DNA from: Tubiluchus corallicola
Lineage: Eukaryota; Animalia; Priapulida
DNA length: 64,000 nt
Reading direction: 5' to 3'
Assembly: GCA_030141605.1 (NCBI GenBank)
Contig: JAQGDQ010000161.1
Coordinates: 248,001-312,000 of the forward strand
Part shown: piece by piece, positions 55,601 to 64,000 of the stretch
How positions within the stretch are numbered: position 1 is the first letter of the stretch
Layout: each line of letters opens with the position of its first letter
The notes under the pieces: model-generated
The model's database searches: none
Told to the model about the DNA's origin: nothing
Seen by the model: only the letters and a program-made list of their open reading frames with translations
Program-made: the position numbers and the translations under genes

Positions 55601-55840
55601 TGTATAGCTTATACTTGCATCGTATTATCTTATACTTTTTGCAGATTGCTAAGAGAACTGTCCCTACTAAGTGCGCTCGATGTTTTTGGGATGCTTACGG
55701 AAAACAACGTGCAGTGTTTAATTGACTACCTTCCTGGTGTACAAATTAACCACTTCCCATTCTCCAGCATTGCCCGCCCGACCACCGGCATTCGCAGGAC
55801 TAGTATATGGGGATTACGTGTTCGCGATCGGGCAATGTAA
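40616..55840 (+). CDS. SKP2: S-phase kinase-associated protein 2 (F-box/LRR substrate receptor of SCF), about 10 coding exons, about 469 aa
   Basis: Exons 40616-40680, 40946-41138, 43033-43174 (or 43195), 44299-44522, 45452-45516, 46383-46517, 47037-47135, 47690-47817, 54953-55115, 55645-55840 splice in frame with GT-AG. F-box FDLLPDEIILQIFTWLP...VCKRW; LRRs (LQYLDLS, LLSLNIAWT, KLNISGCR, CPNLRELDLSDC, LAISRCY); SKP2-type tail FSSIARPTTG...IWGL. The N-terminal exons are less certain; a 2-codon upstream exon ATGGCG|GT at 40490-40495 is possible. Confidence 0.92.
41506..42144. mobile_element. hAT-like MITE in SKP2 intron 2
   Basis: Degenerate TIR TAGCCTGTAACGATACA...TGTATTGCCACAGCCATG; TSD CTAGACAC/CTAGGCAC; GATAC/GTATC subterminal repeats. 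Confidence 0.65.
43850..43925 (+). mobile_element. tRNA-derived SINE head in SKP2 intron 3
   Basis: TGGTAGCTCAGCTGCCAGAGCA...GGTCTTGGGTTCAGATCCC; A/B-box-like motifs, degenerate cloverleaf. Confidence 0.5.
48230..48554 (+). repeat. 5' LTR
   Basis: Direct repeat of 54242-54568; one visible mismatch (A48497 vs C54511); contains AATAAATAAA. Confidence 0.95.
48559..48577 (+). other. Primer-binding site complementary to initiator tRNA-Met
   Basis: TGGTAGCAGAG is the reverse complement of CTCTGCTACCA, the 3' end of animal initiator tRNA-Met; it lies 4 nt after the 5' LTR. Confidence 0.85.
48702..54275 (+). CDS. BEL/Pao Gag-Pol polyprotein, 1857 aa (PHD finger, DUF1759-like Gag, three zinc knuckles, aspartic protease, RT, RNase H, integrase)
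   Basis: RLPKIELAKFNGNALQWNNFWESF; knuckles CAFCEKDNHYSDEC, CYKCLSTRHLMKDC, CFHCKSTSHNSALC; protease YVDGGA; RT ADIEKAFHQV, RLPFGVNASPFLL, NLYVDN; RNase H FTDASKDAY, RLELEA, WTDSQIV, NPADWGTRG; integrase H..H...CLLC, GMDYIGP, SDNA, FYERLV. The ORF stops 34 nt inside the 3' LTR. Confidence 0.96.
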   Translation: MAKDNKCINCRQRVASGLICDSCERWWCINCLNLKQDHVLTEKLYEALSQLGEFQWACEKCCDNNLLIQLVKSGTFTTKQLSEFGCNGDVINVIKATKPVDKVEVMSAENQTEATSLPTQQNTASRGQVLLNETMSQVNQPAQGGSLSQQDATLAMMQMFLQSQQQMFQTLQEERERERKERKEELQLILESVKKQPVSSPPPDMSSDSTTNFTTARLPKIELAKFNGNALQWNNFWESFNINVDSRQLNNKQKLDYLHRVLEGPAYDKIKGLGMEGDKYSEAVTILKNFYGNPGFQQKAHRESLKAVPHVKENLSNLEQFTDEIRSVTISLKRQGITNQALDSHVTELVEKLPKYLTEEMNRFRLYQGKKRDVVKMEELISFLEDYQEVNLHRTNEGQVKKTQLRNQGSGTEKAIPTANFIQNVSRNKLRCAFCEKDNHYSDECKKVVDPKKRKEIIANAKRCYKCLSTRHLMKDCNRQKPCFHCKSTSHNSALCEKREKILSPQHLSVQTEPSVTETIVKQNDFHVTYPAEEGIVMPAFPCTAVNPQTEEAREVFVYVDGGAKHSSISDEAASRLNLLRTGRYKLETSRFNTDVIEAVHSSKVKFILKGSKDFSLQIQAYTIPKLAPPFQVEPIRLDAQALEKVRQLRLLNLPPRSNTQRRIDVIIGQDFINRIMGPMIPATHIQNDLFAHRSPLGDFLAGNATIPEMNYDSSTRPVVAPNLFCYSAIEDVADSTQLEQVGINKQSELSEKDKEVIQKFRETIEFKHGRYKVGFPWKHPIQHLVSNYHVAKKRLESTLKMLAPNGSPTRHYATYNETINNQLHQGIIESVTQPTTERRFIHYIAHFPVINENRTSTQVRIVYDASDKNKADGKSLNDLIHAGPCLLTNLVGILLRFRLFEIVMVADIEKAFHQVSLMEADRDTVRFLWLKDPSQPDTVDNIKVYRFTRLPFGVNASPFLLLATILHHLQQNPGTLANRLQQNLYVDNVILEVVHGEDPMEIYQSAKNLFDMAAMNLRQWLSNDLKLNEALPQWDRQQGTTVKVLGIIWDTANDVMRPQYIFQPLEVYTRRLAMQQLARLYDPLGIYLPVTIKGKILLHKMAKQKFGLDEPVTASMVLEWQQLEEELKNIPQITLPRRVIMDRQVPVQLLCFTDASKDAYCACIYIHQRLDNHVISSLAFAKSQVATLTVSQTLSRLELEAVLIGCRMLRFVENQIDQPLLDKHLWTDSQIVLCWIHSSKVLPPYIERRRSEIISMDDIQFRYIDTKANPADWGTRGISAKKLCECNWICGPEWLSLEPKQWPKWSGNTNIQLPNLSRSRKTQTALVTVTEEKPAVYPFGIDVNNYSDYDKLLRVTSYCQRFIDRCRKKKIPESTNITADEMIEARIMWIKQVQQDCFSMESKLLHHGKFNQLIKQLDLHTDKGVICCGGRLANAITDQSMFPILLPRSHRFTELIIEKAHRRVLHSGVKATLAEIRKQYWIPQGYTTVRKTLSKCLLCQKIQGGTFKPPRMAQLPMERLRRTPAFHFTGMDYIGPMLIRAKPGEYHEKRWIALFTCFTTRAVHLEIVQDQSASATVQAIIRFISRRGCPAVILSDNATYFKKSEALLMQYFAEQRIRWKYIPERSPWVAGFYERLVAVIKQAMKKTLWKATLDNDGLQTLITQIESLMNTRPLLNISSSPEELTMLTPANFIAPMGKLSISTSNEDVLDPDYAPEARPTDALKVQWQKVNRKLDQFWSVWHKHYLHSLRETHQVHFRRKRGEIARKPTVGEVCLIQDATPRATWKIGKIVEFLPSQDGEIRFVSIKLPTGYVTRRGVKDLVPLETNFEAGETKDTTQLLTCWREDVVVNDRRFCL
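54242..54568 (+). repeat. 3' LTR
   Basis: TG...CA ends with a 6-bp terminal inverted repeat, preceded by a PPT and followed by TSD GATGT. Confidence 0.95.
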
Positions 55841-58800
55841 CAGATTTATGGCCGAGAAAACACGGTTTCCCACGACTCATCATGTGATTGCTAGTATTTT
55901 TCCTGATAGGTTCTAAGGCAGACCAAGACTCCATAGAATGGTGAAACCTCTTAAAACAGATAAGGGAAGCTGAGTGATTTTATTATTGTAATCCTTTACC
56001 TCGTTTTTGATTGAATTTTTGCAATCATTTATGCTTTGCTCTAAACCATTTGTTTCAAGCATGCACGCAGCAGTACTAGTCAAACAAGTTCGTTATACTC
56101 GGATGTAAAAATTGTGTCATTTATAAAACTTCAGAGAGCTGCTTAAACTGCCTAAAATTAATTTTAAAAAAATCATTAAAGAGCAACATGCATTTGAAAA
56201 ACTAATTCACTTATATAACATTTCAGGAAAGTCACAAGTTTTTCTCACTCTCCCATGTGCAATAATAATACGTTTTTAAACACTTTTATAGTCTGTCAGT
56301 GAATTATTCACACCTATGCCTTTTCGTAAAAATTGTACCATTTTTGTAAATTGTAGTTACTTTGTTCTTTTGATCTTTTTTAAATAATACGAAACCATTC
56401 CTGTGTTATTTGCCTTGTAACAGCTTTTGTGTATGAGGGTGTTTGCTTACGTTTCATCAGATGATTTCACTTTGTATAATTAATAAATTTATTGGTAAAT
56501 TAAAAGATCTTACTGCAATTGACATTGCTAATTATGTTATTTTTTACAGTTTTACTGCTTAATTATTGCACTGAGTGCTTTTGATTATCTTATAGTTTTG
56601 TTTTTGTCTATTACATTATATGATTGTGTGTCTTTTACAAATTATTTCATAGTTTTAAATTAGTCAGCAGTGTCAGTAGATAGTAGAAGCCATAACATTT
56701 TTTCTAGAATTTTATTTTGCATTTTCCTATACTGTTAGGAATTTCCCAATATAGAACAAGTCCTCAGAGGGTAAATATAATATCGTGCTGGCGTAATCTA
56801 ACCCATAAGAAATTTGCAAACTATTACTTTTTACTAACATAGAGCACCATCTTTTGCAAGCTCATGTATGCTGAGTTTGCTTTTGTGTTAGCAATATTTT
56901 CCCCAAAAGTAACCAATCTCTGAACACACCACCGTCATAATCACTGTTTGAGACATTTTGGCAGTACTGCCTGGATAACACATTAAATCAGGAAGTATGA
57001 ATTGTTACTACATACTTGTATTGCTTATAAATTATCAGGTTTGGGTATTATTACTGTTTTCTGTTGCATGCTAATATTTTTGTAGTGTCCACTGTTTAGT
57101 TGATTTTTTATTGTTAGACAATTTTTGGTAGACAATAAATTTTTATATCAGCAGGTTTTGTTATTGATTATCCTTTACTTAATTACATTATCAGTTAGCA
57201 ATCATTTTTGTCTCATACAACTACATTTGGTAGCAAGCTTTTACCAGTGTTACAGTTTAATATATCATACTACAAGACGGAATCATAGCAACCAAACAAT
57301 TAACTTATCAAAATTTATTTGGAAATGCCATAACATGCAGTTTCGATTGTGCTTATTTACATTAATGGTCTGTAATTAAATAAAAGTTCAAAATAAAAGC
57401 AAACAGATAAATTGGGCACTCATAAATTATATCACTGTCTAAAGAACCCTTGTCCAAACTAGGTGTTCTTTCTGCAGGCATAAATTACCAACTAGTCAGT
57501 CTATAATGCAAACATAAGTATGAAAAAATATTATCTAACCAATTGCTGATTTATAATCTCAGTGTAAATGATATCAATCAATGATGACAACATGAATCCA
57601 CAGGATCGTTTGGCTTAGTATGACACTAGATTTCTAGTTCTCAGGTTCAGTGAAAACTTTTTTACATTTGCATTCTTTCGATCAAGTTCAGTTTCAAAAA
57701 ATTTAGCAACAGCAGTTCCATTCCATTGCTACATTGATCAATATTAGTACAGCTTGGCAGGTGAAATCCATATGTGATCTTAGTCAATTGTGCAAATATC
57801 AGTACTGAATCCGCTGAACCTAAGACGCGACATCAAAAAAAGAAAAAGATATACACACACATGAATCTTATCTCTTTTAATGTATCGTTTTTAATAATAA
57901 ATAATATCTTGCAAAAAGCAAGATGATGCACAGTAAAATGTGATCATATTACTCCTTTCTATAGTGCTAATCACAAATTTTTGCCTTAAACCTATTTCCA
58001 CACTAAGTAGTAATTACAGCAAATTCTGAAAACCAATGGTACTGAGATTATGTTTTACTCATAACGACTATTAGACTAATTTTAATATTAAATTTTTGGG
58101 TTGCAACACCCAGATTTACTTTTCCGTTTGAAATATTACTAAATGTTTTTTTTGTAATGGCAAAGCAACTAATTATAAAAAAACAGACATCATTAAGACA
58201 ATAGGAATTTTGTCTAGACCTCATTGGTGAAATTTGTCCTGGACTTCATCTTACTGTCAAGTTTGTTATAATGCAATTTTAGTGGCACCCTATATTTGGA
58301 GTCGTAATGAGGTTTGACTGCAGTGGCTAACAGATTAAGGATGGACAACAAAAAATTGTTTCAGTTTGTGAACCTTTAAAACTATAATCTGTACATTTAG
58401 AACGCATACATGTACGTAAACAGTGCCAAAAATATAAACAAAACACAACATTTATTAAACAACATAGTAATTTAAATGCTTAGTAGCATAGCGTGCAAAC
58501 TGTATTATTTGATCAATGTTAAACCTGCATTTTTAACTCGTTTCCTTTTAAAGTGTTACAAACAATACGTGTACAAATATGCCCTCTGTATTTCATCTCA
58601 GAGCATTATCCTGATGATTAGCAAAGTTCCTGTCCTCCCACCCCCATTTTCATTAAAAAGGCATGCCACTGAGTGCTGTATGTCTGCTTGCAGAATACTG
58701 AACCATATAAAAATGAGTGTAAACATTTCCTGACAAATTGCGAAAAAGGCCTGCCTGTGTGAATTTTCTATGTAAAATAATAATGTATCATTCACAATTT

Positions 58801-59019
58801 TTTCAATTCACATTCATCTATAGTGATCTAATAAAATATTTTAACTAACTAATAAGAAATGAAATTATTTTGAATATGATTTCAATTTCCCGAACTAAAC
58901 AACTTTTTCTACTAGTTACCTTCTACTCAGTTTGACATCAAAAGACTTCTAAGCATGGAAAACAATATTCAAAGTAACAAATGATCATAAGTAATTTTGA
59001 CACACAGTCAACTTTAGTT

Positions 59020-59619
59020 TCAGCTAAAGATGGCTTCTGTTGCTCTTGTTATATCCCAATTACACGATGACAAAGCTACACGTGCTTTATGCTCTTCAAC
59101 TCCCATATCTATTAGCTGCTTTAATTTAGAGTTTAATTCAGGGGCACTACTAGATGCGCCAGCACATGCATGTGCCCAGTGCCTGGCAGTTTCATAAAAA
59201 ACTCTTCGGTTCTCTTTGTACTGTGTCGCCACGACTGCATCTTGAGGATCGTCTGGCTCAGGAGCGGCTAACAAAGCTTGCACTGACAAGAGAACAGTCC
59301 TGAGGGTCATAGCCGCTGCCCACTGATCCCTGAGGATATCAAGACATATGGCTCCTGTGACAGAACTGACGTTAGGATGCCAGATCTTTGTTAGAAATCT
59401 GACTTTGGGGGGATTGAATGGATATGTTTCTGGTATTTTTATATCCAGCACATATGTTCCCCCTTCATAAGGTGTGTCTGGTGGACCAGCAATTTCACCT
59501 CTAAGCTCTGTGTAGCTGTCATTTGCTAGCTCTACTTTAATGGCAAAATTTGCTACTTCTTCACTTCGTACAACTTCTTTGAATTCTCTTTTAATTCGAG
59601 CCACGGCTATGTTAGCCAT
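59020..59619 (-). CDS. UBE2K: Ubiquitin-conjugating enzyme E2 K (E2-25K/HIP2), UBC plus C-terminal UBA domain, intronless CDS
   Basis: 199-aa ORF: MANIAVARIKREFKEV, GPPDTPYEGG, YPFNPPKVRF, WHPNVSSVTGAICLDILRDQW (catalytic Cys), PEPDDPQDAVVA, UBA-like LIDMG...ARVALSSCNWD. Probable 5'UTR acceptor (ttttttgtttgctttcAG) at 59725-59726. Confidence 0.97.
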   Translation of the reverse strand: MANIAVARIKREFKEVVRSEEVANFAIKVELANDSYTELRGEIAGPPDTPYEGGTYVLDIKIPETYPFNPPKVRFLTKIWHPNVSSVTGAICLDILRDQWAAAMTLRTVLLSVQALLAAPEPDDPQDAVVATQYKENRRVFYETARHWAHACAGASSSAPELNSKLKQLIDMGVEEHKARVALSSCNWDITRATEAIFS

Positions 59620-60129
59620 TTCAATAATTTCACTATGATGTAAAACTGCTCAGGCCAATAATGAAAAATATGTCAAATATATGAAGTATGTTATTCAAAG
59701 AGCGAACAAGGTGGCATTCAGTTCCTGAAAGCAAACAAAAAACTTCACATTACGTCATAAATAATTACACATAAAATTGTCACTTAAAAACACCCCCCTC
59801 CCCCCAGTAAAGATAGTAAAATTGTGCCACATCATTTTCTCCATTAACAATGAATGTTTCATTTCACAACAAATTTTTGACCTTACAGTTTGTTGTAATG
59901 TCATCATCTTTTGAAAACCTGCTAGGAATACCAAATCGAAATTTCTAATAATGAAACACCGAGTTGCAACGGCATTAACCATTCGTTTCGAATTGAGGTG
60001 AGTTATATTATGCCTTCACGGGCAAAAAGTAATATTAACGGTTAACAAGGTGACCTTTTGTGTTCAAAATCAACGTAAACATCTTTATTTTTACAACTGA
60101 AGATATATAGCACAGTTCGTAATCAGTTC

Positions 60130-60700
60130 GTAATACAGCACAGTATATAGCCAAAGTTCGAAGCATGAATACGCCTTGTCCCTTCCAATTGCCATTTTTT
60201 ATTTTGGCTCTGTTCTGTTGTACTATTTGCCACTACATGCCTTTTATCATCAGTAAGTGCCGTAACTCCAATACTGCCCAGAAATATCTCCTCATCATTT
60301 TTTTGAGATAATTGTGGTCATTCGCCAATCCTCGCAAATTAGCTGGCTTATATAGCTGTCTAATTGCCACAGTTCCGCCCTGGTAATTGAGTCAGACATT
60401 TTTGAAATGGTGTGTAACAATACCACAATGTGCAGTTGGCCTAGGATCGAAAGTACTCAAAGGGCGAAGTGTGAGTGGATTATGTTTTGCATAAAGTACA
60501 AGAGCTACATGCTTACAATGTGCATAGTGTCCCATACCAACTGCACATTCACACTGGGACTCCTGTGGAATGCTGTTGCTGTCACCTTATATATTACTCT
60601 TTTTTTTCATTTCTGCTGCTCCAGCAACGTACACAAAACTGTCACATTCTGCAGAATGCAATGATCGTACAAATCCACCTCCATACAAATGCTGCACTTT
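60130..60700 (-). pseudogene. Decayed SWIM zinc finger + YqaJ/lambda-exonuclease-like gene of a DNA transposon (ISL2EU/Kolobok type)
   Basis: Minus-strand pieces with frameshifts and stops: AEMKKK, ESQCECAVGMGHYAHCKHVALVLYA (SWIM CxC...CxH), FDPRP, QLYKPANLRGLANDHNYL, STTEQSQNKKWQLEGTRRIHASNFG (start of a YqaJ-like nuclease). Confidence 0.7.
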
Positions 60701-62599
60701 CTATCAATACAATACAATCAGAACTGATACACTTGTAGCTTGTGTGTTCTGGAGTTTTCGTCTGAAATTCCTCTTTCCGACCGAAGCATTTCACTTCCTT
60801 AATTCTTCTTTCAGTTGTTTCAATGCCAGATCGCCAAATGCTGAAGTCTTTATAGCTAGAAAACTGTTACTAAATACTAGTACTAAATATTAGAAGCTCA
60901 AATGCAAATGAAACTAAAAATACACGGAGATAATATGGTTGCGGAAAAGGTGTTTTGTAACAGTTCACTAATCACAAGTGTCATTTGGTGACCTGGTAAT
61001 GCATGCTGCAATCTGTTGTCAATTGTAATCAAGGAACATGTGTTCTAAAACTGCTAATTGGTAGAACAAATGATTTGTGTGCATACTCGGTCACAATTTA
61101 CGAGCATGACCATGGTGAATGTGACATTTTAGTTTTGTGTGACAACCATTCCTAAACGTCTTAAAACTATTTTAATGGGTGCCAATTGTTTTATCGAGTA
61201 TATCAGTTGTTGGTTATCTATTCACGACTAATTAATAACCAATAATTGATCACAATTAATTATCGAGGGTAGTATATAGTAAAAAAGTTTTCGAGGTTAT
61301 AATATTATGCACATTTAGGTAAGTGTTATTGATTTTTATCAACGTGTAAGGGGTTACACACCACAGTACCAGTGTTGAATGCTTGGCATTTGAGAGAGGA
61401 CCATTTACAGATCCATAGGTACCACCTCTGTCCTTATTTCTTTGGAATAAGGTATTCTTGGATAAAGTATTAAATAATTATCAGCACCCAAGTCATCTTG
61501 GAAATAAGTAAAGTTTAATAGGTTTTATATTGACATCCAAGTCTTGACTTGGAAATAACTGTTTACATGACTGAAATTTCACAATTATTTGTTTTTGTAG
61601 TAAGCTCTACGATCTAAACTTGATGAAAGTGATACAGCGTGAATAGCACCAGGGAATGGTTAATAAAAAATTCTTGAATTATAAATTTATGATAATGTGG
61701 GCAATCCAAATTATGTGCATTGGTTCACCCTTACTTGACATCCCCATGTGCTACATTGCTGCTTATACCCTAGCCATGTATTGTGGCGCTGTATGAACAA
61801 GGTAGATCCTGCATTGACGTCCTCTTTGGAATGTTGTGTATTACTGATCTTGTCAATTGTTACAAAATTGTGAAAGGACATTGCTTGGCAAGAACAGGGT
61901 TTTTTCTCAAGATCATGGAGTGAAACATGAAGCCATGATTCCAAACTTCATTGGATATATTGCTTCTTAAGTCACCCATCCATGAAACTCGTTTTCAGCT
62001 GATACTGTAAGTACACAATCTGTCAAAAAATGTAAAATGAACAAGAGAAGGAACCACACATGAGTTCAATTCTAGGTTTTGATTTCACTGTAAAGAAAAA
62101 AAAGAAGTACACAGCAAAGCGTCACATGCCAAGGCAGTTCAAGGCCTCGCAGAAGGTCAGCCAATACACGGGGATGTCAAGCAAGCGCAAACGTCCAACG
62201 TAGTATTAATTAATTCAAATTATGGTTTGTTAGCCAATTGTAGTCTCTTCATTATTTATGGCAACAAAATTTGTGAAATTATCGTATTTTATTTTTACGT
62301 TTAATGAATTAGTCTGTAAAACCTTTTGGGGTTTATATATTAGGTCTACGAATTATTCCAAAGTTTCTCACTAAAATTTAAACACTAAAACTACTTTGCA
62401 CTATTTACGCATAAATCGTGAACTTCAATCTAAAACTCCTTACAAATTCGATCATGCGATTTCAACGTTGCCAAGATGGCGAAGCAATAGCATCATTCTT
62501 CGTCCTCATGGGCAATTGTCATCAACCAGTGGCCTACGACCGCCACGACGCTCACAATCATGTACGGGGGTATACCGGTATGCACTGACTAGTTATGGA

Positions 62600-63362
62600 T
62601 TACTGACTAGTTACTGGGGATTAGTAACTGAAATTGGCACATGGCCTCTAAAACATAAAGTGAATTATAGGAGACAGATGTTCTATCGGAATTTACCGAT
62701 TAGTAAACTAAGGAGATTAACATCACAGAGGTACTCGAAATGCAAATAAACAGCGCACATGAAAGGTCATGGTATAATGAAGTAGTTGAGGCTGCAAAAG
62801 AATATACCATAAATGCTAACAAAGAAAGGGCAAAGGTCATGAAAAAGTCTGAATAGAAAAAAGAAATAAAGAATAAGATTGAATGTTTTATAAAGAATGA
62901 ATGTGCAGAAAAATGTAGGAGCAGCATTAAATTAAGATTTTTAAAACAAACCGAGTGGAAACGACAAAATTACATAGACACGTGCAAGCCAGAAGAGGTT
63001 AAAGATATATTAAAAATAATACTGAATATGATTAAAGTTAAAAGAAACTACAAGAATGAGTTTAAGGATCAGTTATTATGCCCAGTGTGTGGGGAAGATG
63101 ATGATACTACTGAACATATGCTTAAATGTGGCAGATATGGAGAATGGAAAAAATTTTGAACTCAGATATATTAATGAACAGTGAAAAGGAAGCAATGCTA
63201 GAAATCAGAAATCTAGTGAACGAATGCATGGAATACAGGATAAAGACAAATAAACACATTAAAGTGGGAAAAGACAACTAAAAGATCAGCGTTATAGAAA
63301 AATAGACTTTGCACCCTATAAAGGTGTCCGCCTCTGATAGGTGGAGAGAGTCGAATATTGCA
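62600..63362 (+). mobile_element. 5'-truncated non-LTR retrotransposon (LINE) 3' end with ORF2 C-terminal CCHC finger
   Basis: Broken frame YWGLVTEIGTWPL...SWYNEV...KLRFLK...LNMIKVKRNYK...CPVCGEDDDTTEHMLKC; its last ~240 bp are shared with 37123-37373. Confidence 0.8.
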
Positions 63363-64000
63363 ATGGGCAATTGTCATCAACCAGTGGCCTACGACCACCA
63401 AGACACTCACAACCATGTACGGTGGTATACTACTAGTGTGCTATTTTCAATATTACATTATTGCTACTGTTACTCAACCACCATGAGTACTGACTAACAG
63501 TCAAATGACTAGCCATCTTAACTTCGTCTCACTACTGGCCATATCTCTGTGACTTAAGTAGTAACTGTTCAGAAGCCCTCCCAAATACAGCCTCTTCTGG
63601 AGCACTACTGCTTATCACCACTCCCTGTCAATAGCCTGCTTTTCCAAAGCTTATTATTATTCAACATTCTTTGCTTTGTCAGTTGTCACTTCATTGTAAT
63701 ACTTCTTTTTTGCAGTGCTGTATACTTAACTGGAGCAGTAACTGCTGAGAATCATTCCAAAATATAGCCGCTGCTCTGCAGCAATACTGCTTATTAACAT
63801 CGCCTGTGCACAGCCTAATTTTGTTCTGCATTCTATCCTTTCATAGCCTGTTAATTGCATGACCTGGTCCACCATAGCCCAACCACAATGACCTTCTCCA
63901 CCACAGTTTTACAGATGACGAACACTTCACAATGAGAAATTAAAGCATTATACCGAAACAAAAATTCAAGTATAACACTTAAACCAAATAAAACTAATAA

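Noticed and set aside
63363-63430. MGNCH... start resembling a flotillin N-terminus
   Set aside because: Similarity ends after five residues and the segment is the duplicated flank of a LINE.

Overview
AT-rich animal (probably invertebrate) genomic DNA; no prokaryotic features. The left ~28 kb is gene-poor: microsatellites, many MITEs, tRNA- and 5S rRNA-derived SINEs, LINE scraps, an 18-copy 37/38-bp minisatellite, and the probable first coding exon of a minus-strand gene leaving the window. The right half holds three genes that can be spliced by hand with canonical GT-AG introns: HCCS (minus, 7 coding exons, 287 aa), SKP2 (plus, about 10 coding exons, about 469 aa) and UBE2K (minus, intronless CDS, 199 aa). 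A very young, intact BEL/Pao LTR retrotransposon (PHD-Gag-PR-RT-RH-IN, tRNA-iMet PBS, GATGT TSD, LTRs differing at one base) sits in sense orientation in SKP2 intron 8. Less obvious items are a 5S-headed SINE with an RTE-derived body and tail, a decayed SWIM/YqaJ-nuclease transposon upstream of UBE2K, and a LINE fragment flanked by 68-bp direct repeats. All family assignments come from motif recognition by eye; no searches were run. I found no strong evidence for a wholly new biological system; the best candidates are probably new repeat families.
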